Of a stretch of 64,000 nucleotides of DNA, positions 23,716-37,249 are shown piece after piece; within the stretch, counting starts at the first letter, position 1; every line of letters starts with the position of its first letter. Source of the DNA: Octopus sinensis. Lineage: Eukaryota. Location of the stretch: assembly GCF_006345805.1 (NCBI RefSeq), contig NC_043000.1, positions 38,254,001-38,318,000 on the forward strand, given 5' to 3'. The notes under the pieces are model-generated. The model was not told the DNA's origin. It saw only the letters and a list, made by a program, of their open reading frames with translations, and made no database searches. Position numbers and translations under genes: made by a program.

Positions 23716-24705
23716 CATGTAATACACGTTCATATGGCCATCTGTGCGAGTGTATGTGTGTGTGTATAATATACGTACATCTGTGTATGTGTGTATGTAT
23801 GTATATTCAACAAATCTCCCCATCAATCGCAGCGAATAAATCATTTCTTTAAATGTCATTTTATACAATTATTCCATTTAACCGCCTCTTTCACGTTTAT
23901 TTCACATTCTAATACACCCATCTCATTTACTTAAAGAACCAACACACTCATGCATATATATATATGTATGTATGTATGTACGTATGTATGTATGTATGTA
24001 TGTATGTATGTATGTATGTATGTATGTATGCATGTATGATGGCATGTATGTGCGTATATGTATGTATATTAGTATGTATATATGTATGTATATCTATTCA
24101 TACACACATACACAGTCCTATTCATTATCGAACTTCAACATGTTTTGGTCAGAAGTCCTTTCTATCAACCTAACGTTCAAACTTTTATTCTTTCTGAAAT
24201 TCGATTTCAAATCCAAAAATGGTCTCCGTACGTCTGGACATTGGAGTGAAATGTTTCTTTCAATGAAATTCCTCTAACAGATATGACAAATGATTGCCAA
24301 TTCTTCTACGTTGTTATCAGACTGTTGTCAATGGAAGAAACCTTCACGACGCCAATGCAGCCAAATTTTAGTCGATAAAAGTTATTTCAGTCTCCTCTAA
24401 ACTTCTTCAAACCCAATATAATAATTATTGATTACTAAACTTATTTCATAACACGTAAAACTTAACTCCGTTTTTTTTCGTTTCTTCACAATGCAGCCAC
24501 ACTCTTATTGTCTTTTAGCATCGTTCTTTCTCTTTGATTTTAATGTGTGAATTTCTTAAATTTACGGTCGCTGTAAAAATCATGGTCGTATCACGGTTAA
24601 TAACTTATGAAAATAACTGATGTTTTAATCCAGTTTTATAGATTAAAGAATGCGTAGATGATGGGCAAATGGTCTTGCAAATATTTAATTATGTGCAAAT
24701 GTTTG

Positions 24706-25010
24706 TTTTGTTTGTTCCTTCTTGAGCCATTCCTGGCTCATAAGGGCCGGTTTCCCGGTTTCCTTGGCGTATAGGTTCACCACCTGGAGGGGACGCCGGT
24801 CCGTCGCAGGTGAGTTGCAAGATGCAGAAGGAAAGATTGAGAGAAAGTTGTGGCCGAAAGAGTCAGCAGAAGTTCGCCATTACCTTCTGCCGGAGCCGCG
24901 TGGAACTTAGGTGTTTCGCTCATAAATATACACATCGCCCGGTCGGAGATTCGAACCCGCGATCCCTCGACCGCGAGTCCGCTGCTCTAACCGCTAGGCC
25001 ATGTGCCTCC
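24706..25010 (-). mobile_element. tRNA-derived SINE
   Basis: GTGGAGGCACATGGCCTAGCGGTTAGAGC...GGGTTCGAATCTCC (A and B boxes) followed by a non-tRNA body. Confidence 0.8.
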
Positions 25011-25573
25011 ACAATTATATGCAAATAGCCTTGTAGATATATAATTATGTTTCTTTATACTCTGGGTTGAATTTGCTTTCCATTATAACATTATAAAATC
25101 AAGAAAACTTTTAAAAATGAAGTAGACAGGCTGTATTATCCGAAATGTAAGACGTTACGCATCTATAAACGTTGCCATATTTGAAGACTAGAAAGATACT
25201 CTAATAGAAGGATTTTCGAATCACGACAGAATGAAAATATTTAGTAGGATTAGGTAATCTGTCTGTAAGTTCTCTAAGTGTACTAAGCAGCAAATTTGTA
25301 CGAAGGAGAAAAAGTACAAATACAGCTGAAGAAGTTCTCGCATTTTGGAGGATCTTACAGGATGTGCGTTGGAGAGAAGAGTAATTTCTGGTTTGGAGGG
25401 AAGAGTAATTTTCTCCAGTGTTTTAAAATCATATCCTGTGTCCAAACAACTGTAGTACAGCTATGAATAAATCGTTTTGGTGGTTGGAGGATATGTGGTT
25501 TGATTGAATGTGAGGTGTGGAGGAACGTCCCTGAAAAGATTTGTTTCAGCTATCAGCGAGGTGTCTCTGATGA

Positions 25574-25641
<68 letters not shown>

Positions 25642-26206
25642 CTGGATTGTTTAGGCGTGAGAAAGGGATCCGAGTGTTTATAATGTGTGTGGGTGTTGGT
25701 CAGAGGTAGATGTAAGGAATGGAATTAATTGATTAATATTGTTGAAATATCCAGTTTTTGCTTCATTATTATTATCAATACGAGTTCAATATGAGAGCCA
25801 AGAAAAGTTTTGAGCATTGATTGAGCATCACTAAGGATGCATGCTTCAGCAAGAAATGATGTAAGACAGATGTCCTTGATGTAGGAAAACATAGGGTTGC
25901 TTGTGGTCGAAAGAGTTTGGGGAAGGGTAGAAGAAGCAGGACTATTTAGAGGAATGTGAGTGTGAAAATTTGAGGGAGAGTAACTGGGAGATTTGTGTGG
26001 TTGATATCCAGATAAGCGAGGTGAGTGGAATCTATATACACTCAGACATCTCCTTTTTCGAAATGATGATAGTACTCAACTGCACAACTAATATGGTCTC
26101 TAGGTTAGAGGTGAAAGATTTGTGCGACGGAAAAGGATGTAATAGAGTCTAAGTGACTGAATGGGAGTTCATGGGTATTAGAGAAGAGAAAGAAAAATCA
26201 TCTAAA

Positions 26207-26364
26207 GGCGCAAGAGTGAGTGTGTGGTAAGTAGCTTGCTTACCAGCCACATGGTTCCGGGTTCAGTCCCACTGCGTGGCACCTTAGGCAAGTGTCTTCT
26301 ACTACAGCCTCAGGTCGACCAAAGCTTTGTGAATTGACTTGGTAGACGGAAACTGAAAGCCCGT

Positions 26365-26463
<99 letters not shown>

Positions 26464-26655
26464 ATCTGTGTTCGTCCCCCCACCATCACTTGACAACCGA
26501 TATTAGTTTGTTTACGTCCCCATAATTCAGAGGTTCGGCAAAAGAGACAATAGAATAAGTACTAGGCTTAAAGTCCTGGGATCGATTTGTTCGACTAAAG
26601 GCGGTGCTCCAGCATGACTGCAGCCAAATGACTGAAACAAATAAAAGAATAAAAG
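26207..26655 (+). mobile_element. SINE family B with internal (TG)n
   Basis: Full head-to-tail family B match. Confidence 0.85.
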
Positions 26656-27429
26656 AATATCATGTGGTTGATAATTAAAAAAACTGTAGAGGGCGTCAGT
26701 GTAGCGACACATGTCACTAATGATAATCTACAATTAAGACGAGCATGCTCCAAATGCTTGCAAGGGAATGAGCACCACTGAAGACGCTCCAGGCCTGAGA
26801 AGTTACTTTATTTTGGACTAATAAATACGGCTGCTCTCACACATAAAAATCAGGGGGCTCTCTATGTCATGAATAAAGTCATATGATGACCCAGGGTTAA
26901 ACAATAGCGCACTGATATCCACAAATTCATTTACAAAGCAGAACTTTTAATAAATCGAAATTAAAGACATTACTTTTAATGAAGAGTTACTGGACGCTGC
27001 TGGCAAAATCTACCACAAATTATATCTACCGACTGAAGAAATGAAGGACGTATTGACAATATAGTATTCTAGATATGATGTGACAGAGAATACAAAGGAA
27101 CAAAATATGGAGGTAATTAAGATTGGAATGCGGTCTATAGCAGGTCTGGCTGATCATTGAGCAATAGAATTTGAGATACACTAATCTTTGAAAAGGACAG
27201 AACAGCCATGGATGGAATGTTCAGTGTTAAGGATCTACTTAGATCAAGGCTGATTTCAAGTGAAATTAACAGAAGCGTCAACTCCTGGCAGGGAATGTAA
27301 GGGAGAGAACTTTGAGGCGTAATTAATCAATAACTGGGGGCATGAAATTGCTGTAACCGAGTGAGGACGATTCTCTGAAACTAAACGAAGAGAAAGAGAA
27401 AGAAAGAGGGAGGGAGGGAGGGAGGGAGG

Positions 27430-27464
<35 letters not shown>

Positions 27465-28342
27465 CAATGGGGTGGAAAGATGGATTAGGGGACGAGAGGC
27501 AAGAGAAAGGAAAAGGAATAGGAGGAAAATGGAGCGAGAGATACACCAAAGACAGGCTGTAGCGTGAATTATGCAAAGTGAGGTATATAGGGAGTTAATG
27601 AAAGGAAAATAAAAGAAGCACGGGAGAAACGAGCCCCACACGCACCCACATGTACACCTACATACATACATAATACATACATACATATATACTTACATAC
27701 ATACAGACAGACAGGCAGATAGACAGATACTTAGATATATAAACATATATATATATATAAGTCCTTGTCTTTGGGGATACACATGGTTTACGTTAATATA
27801 CTGTAATAGTATAAACTCGTTTATATTCAGGTTCATTTTAATATTTGTATTCATATAATCTATACTCCATACAATATTGAAACGCTCGTTACTAAAGAAT
27901 TAAATGTAATATAAATTCCATTCTTCGTCACACACAGGCACACACAGGCACACACAAACACAACACACACACACATACACACACACAAAAAGAGATAGTA
28001 AGTCGGAACAAAATTATATCTATTTCATCCTCAACTAATTTCAGGGAAAATCGATCCAGTAGCCTCTGAATAATTGTTTCAAACTGTGTGCATTTCTGAA
28101 CTGTTTTATTTTCCCGACTTTTCCTTGTATCATTGAATCTTTGGAGGTGTTTGCTTAAAACTGTCCTATGTAAGTTCCATTGTTTAATGAAGTACCCGAC
28201 TTGGAAGAATACATAACTTCTGATGTTAGTTTTTAGTCAAAAGAATTATCACAAGCATACCCCTTTCTTTAAATAACAGGGAAAGATACAGTACCGGGAC
28301 TTCTTTGTGTTTCTGTCTATTTACAGTGTATCTCTACATAAA

Positions 28343-28535
28343 AGCGGTGAGCTGGCAGAAACGTTAGCACGCCGGGCAAAATACTTAGCGGTATTTCGTC
28401 TGCCGCTACGTTCTGAGTTCAAATTCTGCCGAGGTCGACTTTGCTTTTCATCCTTTCGCGGTCGATAAATTAAGTACCAGCTGCGTACTTGGATCGATCC
28501 CCCAAAATTTCGGCCCTCCTGAATAGAGTAGAAAA
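28343..28535 (+). mobile_element. SINE family A
   Basis: GCGGTGAGCTGGCAGAAACGTTAGCACGCCGGGC head. Confidence 0.85.
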
Positions 28536-28983
28536 GATTTTATGTCTACATATTAATAGCCGACATAAATGTTGCTTGATTTGTTGGCTGATACTTTGAA
28601 TCACGCTTTATATCGTACAGAGAGAGAGAGAAAGAGAGAGAAGGAAGGGTGGGGAGAGGCAATTCTACATTATATTTGGGAGGGAATAATAAACTTTCTA
28701 TTGGTGTAAGCGTGGCTGTTGGATAAGAAGTTTGTGTCCGAACCTCATGGTTCTGGGTTCAGTCAGACTTCGTGGTAACTTGGGTCTTCTATTGTAGCCT
28801 TGTGAGTGGATTTACTCGACAGAAACTGAAAGAAGCACATCGTATATATGTATATATATATATATATATAAATAGAAGAGTGAAAAAAGTACAGAAGGCT
28901 TATTTTATAAGGTTAAAGAATATATTTAAGTCGTTTTGTTAAAAAAATGTTATAAAATTTTGTGTATAGTAACATAGTTTTTG

Positions 28984-29020
28984 GAGAAAAACCGGTTTCG
29001 TGTAAACTTTTCAATTTCTC
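28984..29020 (-). ncRNA. Minimal hammerhead motif with U3-A8 covariant core in the PLE terminal repeat
   Basis: GAGAAA-UUGAAAA-GU(UUAC)AC-GAAA-CCGG-UU-UUUCUC; 6-bp helix I, palindromic ACCGGU helix III. Confidence 0.55.
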
Positions 29021-29581
29021 AAATTTCTTTGCCTACATAGTGTCATATCTTCGTTATGAAGTGCAAAGAAAAGTTCCAGGCGGGGGAGGTAATAAGGGAT
29101 TTCTTCCGGTATAAGGGAGATAATCACTTTATTTATTTATTTCCTTTTTAATGGGATGAGTTTATCTGTATAAGAATGTTAGGATGGTTAAGTTCAGGCT
29201 TATATTTTTCAATGAAGAAGGTTTCCTTGTTTAATCTAATTTGTGTTGGTGTTCCAATAGCACATTGATAGAATGGAAAGATTAAAAATTGGGGTAGTAG
29301 TTGCTTTGCGCATTTCTCAATATGCTCACTAATGGAAGGAACTGATAGAACTTCAAAATGATGAAGATATAACTATTAAGGAAGAAGACAAAGGAAGTGC
29401 AGTTGTAATGATGGATACATTATACAATAGAAATTTAGTAATTTCCTTGCTTGATGACAATCAACATTATGGAAAAATCACCAACTACACCCCGCAAAAA
29501 ATAATGAAAACCCTGTCCTCACTAATTAAAACCCATGGATAGGAACTGACAACCAAAGAGATTGACTTTCTAACAAACTTT

Positions 29582-31434
29582 GTGTTGGTGTTCCAATAGC
29601 ACATTGATAGAACGGAAAGATTAAAAATTGTGGTAGTAGTTACTTTGCGCATTTCTCTATATGCTCACTAAAGGGTATCATTCTGTATTCTTGAATGAAA
29701 TCTGTTGTCGATGCAGAGTGCATCTGCGTCTGAGTGATAGTCCCGTGGACCCTATGTAGTTTTGGTGACAGCCCGAGCATCTTATGACATAAATTATGTT
29801 TTCAGAAGCACAAGTAAAATTAGATCTGATCTTGAATTTTTGTCCGTCTTTGAAAAGGAATTCTGATCCTTCTAGAAGGTTTGGGCATGTTGCGCAGTTT
29901 GGTCTGTCACATTTTTCACTTTTGCATCCGTAATTTCAGAAAACAATTTTGCCTTTGTGAGAATGTTTTTAAGTGATTTAGGTTGTTTGTAGCTTTTAAT
30001 GATTTTATGTGTTTAGAATTTCCTTTAATTTGGGGTCCTTATGAAGTATTGGTAAATTCTGGGTGATGATGGTGAAGGCTTCTTTGTTTCTGGGGTTGTA
30101 TGTGGATATGTAAGGCAGTATTTTCGGGGAAGGTGTGTTGTTGTGTTGAACTTTTCTCAAAGTTTCTATGTCGATTTCTGTTGCACGTCTGATCCCATCT
30201 TCTATGAGTTGAACTGGGTAGTGTCTGTCAATTAGGGTGCTTTTGAGTTCTTGTAGTCTAAAGTTCCTGGTATTTTGTTCTGACACTATTGTGCATATCC
30301 TTCTTGCAAGGTTGAAAGGGATGTTTGTTTTAGTGTGTCTTGGGTGGCATGAATCAATATGTAGGTATTGTTTGGCGTCTGTGGCTTTGTAAAAAATGTC
30401 TGTTTCTATTTTTAGGTTAATTTTCTTAATCAGTATATCTAAGAATGGAAGCTCCTTTTTGTTGTACCCCATTGTGAACTGTATATTTGGGTTGATGCTG
30501 TTCAATAAGTTTTTGAATTTTAGGAGTTTATCTGTGTTTTCATTTCAGAGTATAAAACAGTCGTCCAGGAATCTTTTCCAATTCTCTTTTATGTATTGAG
30601 AAATGGGGTTTCCAAAGGTCGATAAAGATTCCTGGTATATAACTATTTCCAGGTAGCCCATTGTTAGGTTCGCAATGACTGGTGCTGCCCTTGTACCCAT
30701 AGCAATTCCGGATTTTTGACGGTAAAACGTATTGTCAAACACGAAGTGGTTATTTTGTAGGATAAATTCAACCGATTTAGTAATGAATTCTTTACTGATC
30801 CTCTTTGGTATTTCTTCCGGAAATTGGTCCAGCCTGAACTGTATTGCCTCTAGTCCATAATTATGAGGTATACTGGCATATAAATTAACAACATCAAATG
30901 AAACCATGATTGTTTCTTCCTTGACTATTTTGGAATGTGATTTAACATATCCAAGTCATCTCTGATATGACTATCGATGTGTTTGAGGAAGGGTTTCAGG
31001 AGGATGTCCATAAATAGACTTAATCTGTGTGTTTCACAGGCTGGGCCAGCTACAATTGGTCGTAGTTTTAGGTCCCCTTGGTTAGGTGTGGGTATGTATG
31101 TCTTTGGTGATTTTGTAATGGTTTTACTTTTAATTTGGCTTTTATGTATTTTTGGCAGACCATAGAAGAGGCTAGGTTTGCATTTAAAGTTTGTTAGAAA
31201 GTCAATCTCTTTGGTTATCAGTTCATATCCATGGGTTTTAATTAGTGAGGACAGAGTTTTCATTATTTTTTGCGGGGTGTAGTTGGTGATTTTTTCATAA
31301 TGTTGATTGTCATCAAGCAAGGAAATTATTAAATTTCTATAGTATAATGTATCCATCATTACAACTGCACTTCCTTTGTCTGCTTCTTTAATAGTTATAT
31401 CTTCATCATTTTGAAGTTCTATCAGTTCCTTCCA
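29582..31434 (-). pseudogene. PLE reverse transcriptase + GIY-YIG endonuclease reading frame (~600 aa, frameshifted)
   Basis: IKEADKGSAVV, YGLPKIHK, LRPIVAG, SFDVVNLY, QKSGIAMG, KRFLDDCF, ELPFLD, SCHP, CDRPNCATC, NIIYVIRCSGCHQNYIGSTG. Confidence 0.95.
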
Positions 31435-31752
31435 TTAGTGAGCATATTGAGAAATGCGCAAAGCAACTACTACCCCAATTTTTAATCTTTCCATTCTATC
31501 AATGTGCTATTGGAACACCAACACAAGTTAGATTAAACAAGGAAACCTTCTTCATTGAAAAATATAAGCCTGAACTTAACCATCCTAACATTCTTATACA
31601 GATAAACTCATCCCATTAAAAAGTAAATAAAATAAATAAATAAAGTGATTATCTCCCTTATACCAGAAGAAATCCCTTATTACCTCCCCCTGTCTGGACC
31701 TCTTCTTTGCACTTCATAACGAAGTTATGACACGATGTAGGCAAAGAAATTT

Positions 31753-31789
31753 GAGAACTTGAAAAGTTTACACGAAACCGGTTTTTCTC
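31753..31789 (+). ncRNA. Second copy of the U3-A8 hammerhead motif (one helix I mismatch)
   Basis: GAGAAC-UUGAAAA-GUUUACAC-GAAA-CCGG-UU-UUUCUC. Confidence 0.45.
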
Positions 31790-31962
31790 CACAAACTATG
31801 TTACTATAAACAAAATTTTATAACATTTTTTTAACATAACGACTTAAATATATTCTTTAACCTTATAAAACAAGCCTTCTGTACTTTTTTCACTCTTTTA
31901 TTTTTTATATATTCAACGACGTGCTTTCACACACCAACTTTCTCACCTATATATATATATAC

Positions 31963-32168
31963 ACCGGAGTAAGCACATAAATGCGAAACAAGGTGGAAAA
32001 GATAGTACACGAATACCAGAGGTAGAGTAAAATGATTTATTAAAAAGCAGCAGAAATATCACAAGTGCTGTTACTCAGAGTATCACGTTCCCGTTCGTCG
32101 GACAAGGACATGGAACGTGAAACTCTGAGTAACACTTTTTGAGATATTTCTGCTCCTTTTTAATAAAG
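31963..32168. mobile_element. Fold-back mini-element family F1, copy 2
   Basis: Same head (ACCGGAGTAA-CACATAAATG-GAAACAAGGTGG); inverted arms; degenerate HHR at 32068-32105 (-) and a truncated HHR half on +. Confidence 0.8.
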
Positions 32169-32202
<34 letters not shown>

Positions 32203-32999
32203 AACACACACACACATATATATATATGTGTGTGTGTGTGTATAGGTATATATATATATATATATATATATGTTCATGTATATATGTATCTTTGTATCTG
32301 TGTTTATCCGCCATCACTTGACTAGTATTGATTTGTTTACGTGCATGTAACTTAGCGGTGCGGCAATACGAAAACAATAGAATAAGTACCAAGCTTTAAT
32401 AATAATAATAATAATTATAATAACTATAATAAGTTCTGGAATCGATTCTTTCAGCTGAAAGAATTGTTCAAGCCGGTGCCCCAGCACGGTCGCAGTCTGA
32501 TGACTGAAACAAGCAAAAGATTGCCGAAATCGATGTAGTTTGGTGCTACGCCCCAAATCCCCTTCATTTCGAATACAATTCTGGAGTTGCCTATCATCGC
32601 TTTAACAAGCAATTTAGAGAATCTCTTCGAGATTATTTTCACGTAAAAACGTTATTTCTTTCTTACTTTTCACCGCGTTTAGAAGACTGGAAACCATTAA
32701 CTTTCAACCGGTTACAAACTGTAATATAACAACAATATTAACAATTCTATTCAAATTAAAGTGGATATTAACAAACTGCCATGAATACTAATTGATACTA
32801 TGCTGGTCTCTTTGCTTCTTTCTCCCTTTTTGTCCTTCGTTTTTCTTGTTTTGTTTTTTTTCCATGTTTTCTACTCCTTCTTTAGATTGAGTCTATATAC
32901 TTGCTGGCATTAACACATTAACATTCAAATATAAATTCAATGGATTGCATTCCAAAGAGATGTAACAACGATGAGGATAACAACAACAACAAAAGCGAC

Positions 33000-33036
33000 A
33001 ATAAAACAATGATAATAATAATAATAAAAAAAAAAA

Positions 33037-33070
<34 letters not shown>

Positions 33071-33325
33071 TGAATAATGAGAATAATAACAATAATAATG
33101 AATTATAATATCAATTGATAATGATTGATAATGATAATGGTAATGATGACGTGGAGAGTGAAATAAAAATGAAGAATATGATGACGGTGATGATGAGTTT
33201 CTTTAATAATAACAACAACAACAACAATACTAATAATAATGATAATAATAATAATAAAAATACTAATACTAATAATACTACTACTAATAATAAGGATGAG
33301 GTTGATGATGATGATGATGAGGTAC

Positions 33326-33394
<69 letters not shown>

Positions 33395-33543
33395 AATAAT
33401 GATGATGATAATAATAATGATGGTAGTGGTGGTGGTGGTGGTAGTGATGTTAAAGAAAGAAGACTGGAGGTGTGGTAGAATACGAGTGACAGGAGCATGA
33501 CGTTGTGCTGATTCTGGTGACAATGATGATGATGTCGATCCTA

Positions 33544-33582
<39 letters not shown>

Positions 33583-33830
33583 GGGAGGAGGAGGAGGGGA
33601 GGAGGAGGAGGAGGAAATGTGAAAGAAGACGTGGACGACGACGACGACGACGGCGGCGATGATATTGAGGGTGATGATGCTATTGATGATGGTGATGATG
33701 ATGATGATAATGAAGATGTGGATGATAATATCCATAATAGTAATAATAATGATTCTAAGAAGAAGAACATGAACAAGAATAATACGATTATAATAGTTAT
33801 TATTATAATGACGAAGGCAATAACAGAATT
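33000..33830. repeat. Mosaic trinucleotide low-complexity tract (TAA/TGA/GGA/GAC)
   Basis: Direct reading. Confidence 0.9.
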
Positions 33831-34413
33831 AATAAATTATGGTTAAAACTGTTTCACTTGATTTCTTTATTTCTTTCTTTATTTTTTAGCAATTGTTATT
33901 TATTTATTTATTTATTTATTTTGTTAACAATCATTTTACATTTCCATTAAGATAATTCTATATTTTGATTTGCTTTGGATTGCAAAATTACTTCTTGTTG
34001 GTTCCATGACAAAATAAGAGTAAATCGCCTGTATTAGCGTTCATTGTAATTCCTTTTGGGAATTATGGCTGGAACCTAATTATGATCATTCCTCCACTTG
34101 CTCTCTCTCTCTCTCCTAAACTACTCCAAGACTCTAATACTAATGCTATCAATTCACAGATCGATTCATCGCTTCTTTTATTGGTTCGTTTTCTATTTTC
34201 GATATTCTTGCCGTTGTTAGTTTTTGCTTCTATTTTTTCAGTTCTTTTTATTTTATTTTTCATCTTTTTACCATTTCTTTTACTTGTTTAAATGTTTGTT
34301 TCTTTGAATATTTGTTTATTTTTCTCTTCTAAGATTTTCATTGGATGTCGACAAATTTCTTGACGAACGCTAATAAACTAACCAATCCACCTGACAACTC
34401 TACTACATCTAAA

Positions 34414-34454
<41 letters not shown>

Positions 34455-34819
34455 CTACACACACACACACATACATACACACACAAACAGACGCACAAGT
34501 ACGACCGAAAGAAGCCATTTTGAAAATAAAAAATAGCAACAAATTTTCACGTTCAATGACGAAAACTCATTTCAATTTTCAACGAAAATTTGAATTATTA
34601 ATTTGTTAGTATTATTTTTATTATGTTTTAATTTACTTCTTTTTTCAACTTTTGCAGGTTTTCTTTTTTTTTTCACTTTCGTTTTCATTTTTGTCTTTTC
34701 ATTCATCTTTTAGATTTTTCACTTGTGATGATAAATGAGAAATTCAAAATTCAAAAACCGTGGAATCTTGTAACAATAATAAATTGACTCCCAACCTCCA
34801 GTACTTGCAACATCTCACC

Positions 34820-35120
34820 CTTTTTCTTCTTCTTCTTCTTCTTCTTCTTCTTCTTCTTCTTCTTCTTCTTCTTCTTCTTCTTCTTCTTCTTCTCTTCTTC
34901 TTCTTCTTCTTCTTCTTCTTCTTCTTCTTCTTCTTCTTCTTCTTCTTCTCCTTCGTTTCCTTCTTCATCTCCGTTTCCTTCTTCGTCTTCTTCTTCTTCT
35001 TCTTCTTCTTCTTCTTTCTTCTTCTTCTCTTCTCTTCTTCTTCTTTCTTCTTCTTCTTCTTCTCTTCCTCCTTCTCTTCCTTCTTCTTCTTCTTCTTCTT
35101 CTTCTCCTCCTTCTTCTTCA
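34820..35120. repeat. (TTC)n-rich tract
   Basis: Direct reading. Confidence 0.95.
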
Positions 35121-35665
35121 CTTCTTTGCTTCTTTATTTCTTCTGTGCCTTTATTTCTTCTTCATCTCTTCTTTTTCTGGACACTTTCCTTTTCCTCATC
35201 ATCTTCCTTCACGTTCTACTTCTTCTCCTCCTCCACTTCCTTCTTCTCTGCTACTTCTCCACCTTCTCGTTCTCTTCCTTTTCTTCTTCATTTCGACTTC
35301 TCGCTCCATTTTCTATCTTCACATACCAATATCAGACAAACTTTTCCTTCAGTAACCTTCCATTCATATAAATTTTTCTTCCCCTCAAATATTTTTCAAA
35401 TACAGAAACCCTCCCACCCCAAATCACAAAAACTCGGTCCATTATGATAAGTTCGAAGTTAGACATCTTTGATTTTTTTTCTTCATTCATAACCCACCAT
35501 TCCCCATTTCAAAGACAATATCATCAGTTTTGATTTCACGATGCCTATGTTTCTTTATATTAAAAGAAGCACACCAGTTTGCTATTATTTGCTGGTTCTG
35601 AAAGAAGGGACAATATGCAGGCCATTTTTGAGTATCCCAATATCACTGAGACTGATACTGTTCGC

Positions 35666-36030
35666 CAGTGGCGGACTGGGTCTAAAAATATTGGTAGCCA
35701 GCAGACAAAGTGGGACCACCCACAACTATAAATGGATTCACCCGCAACTACAAGGTGTCCCCCCTCACAACTACAAGGGGGCTCACTCGCAACTACAATG
35801 CTATCATTTAATTTTTTTTTGCTTTATTTTTGTTAAAAGTATTCTTTTCAACTGTCTACAAACACAACTTGGCTTAAATAATTAAGGCATTCTTCCAGGA
35901 GTGAATAAAAATTCTCAGAATTGAGGGGCCGGGCCCCTTAGATATAACCTGGGCCCCCATATATGGATTCTAATGGCGCTGGGGCACAATTACCATCGGA
36001 CAAGCTGGCGGCCTGGCCAGTCTGCCACTG
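35666..36030. mobile_element. hAT-like MITE
   Basis: TIRs CAGTGGCGGACTGG / CCAGTCTGCCACTG; degenerate 8-bp TSD CTGTTCGC / CTGTTTAC; internal CAACTA(C/T)AA repeated four times. Confidence 0.75.
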
Positions 36031-36542
36031 CTGTTTACATTACAAATCACTTCAGGAGCTGGAAAGACATGACCAGGAAGAGAGCACCAATGGGATGCGT
36101 TTTAATGAGAAAATACGACTCGTAGTGGCAAGTGTAGTGACTAGGAAGGATATAAAGTAGGTGATGAAAGGAAGAAAAATAAGAAATATCTGAGTGGACA
36201 CAGTGTATGACCAAACAGATCTAGGATCAGAGGCCATTATAGTAGCGGTATAAAAAGCAGAGGAAGGAGATATTTCACCTGTGGGTCAGAGTGTCCGAGT
36301 GATTTTTCGCTAATTTGTAGAGCGGCATTTCTCTGTTGAAAGAGAATAAGGAAAATATGTAACATTAGTTTCATATTTTGATATGAGGCCAGTGATTTCG
36401 GAGGAGGGAGTCAGTCGATTACATCGACCCCAGTGTTCAGCTGGTACTTATTTTATCGACTCCGAAAGGTTAAAAAGCAAGGTCGACGCCGGCGGCATTT
36501 GAACTCAGAACAAAAGGACGGGCGAAATGCTGCTATGCATTT

Positions 36543-36624
<82 letters not shown>

Positions 36625-36895
36625 GCAATGATGATGATGATACCAATAGTAAATGGCGCGTTTGGAAAATATTTGCACTCAACTACCAACATGGCTAAAA
36701 AAAAAACAAGAATTGGTTCAAATGTAAAAACAAAACATCTACAAAAAACAATTATCATCACTCGGAAGTGCAAAAGTTCTCTGTGAGGTTTTTGAAACAT
36801 GATCAGCAAAGAGGGTCGCTTTAGTGTTCTGGCTGTGGCCAGCCGACACTTTACATCATACCCAGCAAAATAAGCTGAGAGTTGTCATCAAATAA
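36625..36895 (+). mobile_element. Degenerate RLE-LINE C-terminus/3' UTR after an (ATT)n tract
   Basis: IPIVNGAFG...KHLQKTII resembles the IPIVxGALG...LQK motif of RLE LINE ends. Confidence 0.45.
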
Positions 36896-37249
36896 TTAGA
36901 ATGAGGTTGCGAATAATTACGTGTAATATTGGGAGTAGAATTTCGCGGAATATGTTGTATGGGATAGGAAACAGGGAAAGAATTATTGTTGCGTATTGTC
37001 ACATCAACCAGGATATATAATGATCCATCCATGCCCATCCCACCTTTCTCCCGAGTATTACCTTTATTGTCAAATTTCTTCTTTTCGTTACTTGATGAGT
37101 GTTGGTTGTGCTACAAATCAGTTTCCGCGGTTATTTTTCGTTGCCGATTCGCTGACCCTATGGTGGCCCTTTGTTGGATACGGAATGACAATTCGGTGAT
37201 TTTAAATAAATAAGTGCAAGGAGCAGTTCAAAATTTGAGTGATGCAGAT

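Larger units (their letters stand above)
28871..31902 (-). mobile_element. Penelope-like element, 5'-truncated, with ~710-bp terminal inverted duplication
   Basis: RT/GIY-YIG body 31434-29582; arms 28871-29581 and 31186-31902 are reverse complements of each other. Confidence 0.95.

Noticed and set aside
24925-25010. Possible genuine tRNA gene
   Set aside because: A/B boxes present but acceptor and anticodon stems do not pair, and it continues into a SINE body
33505-33846. Acidic/poly-M ORF resembling a low-complexity protein
   Set aside because: Lies wholly in a mosaic trinucleotide tract; no unique coding anchor
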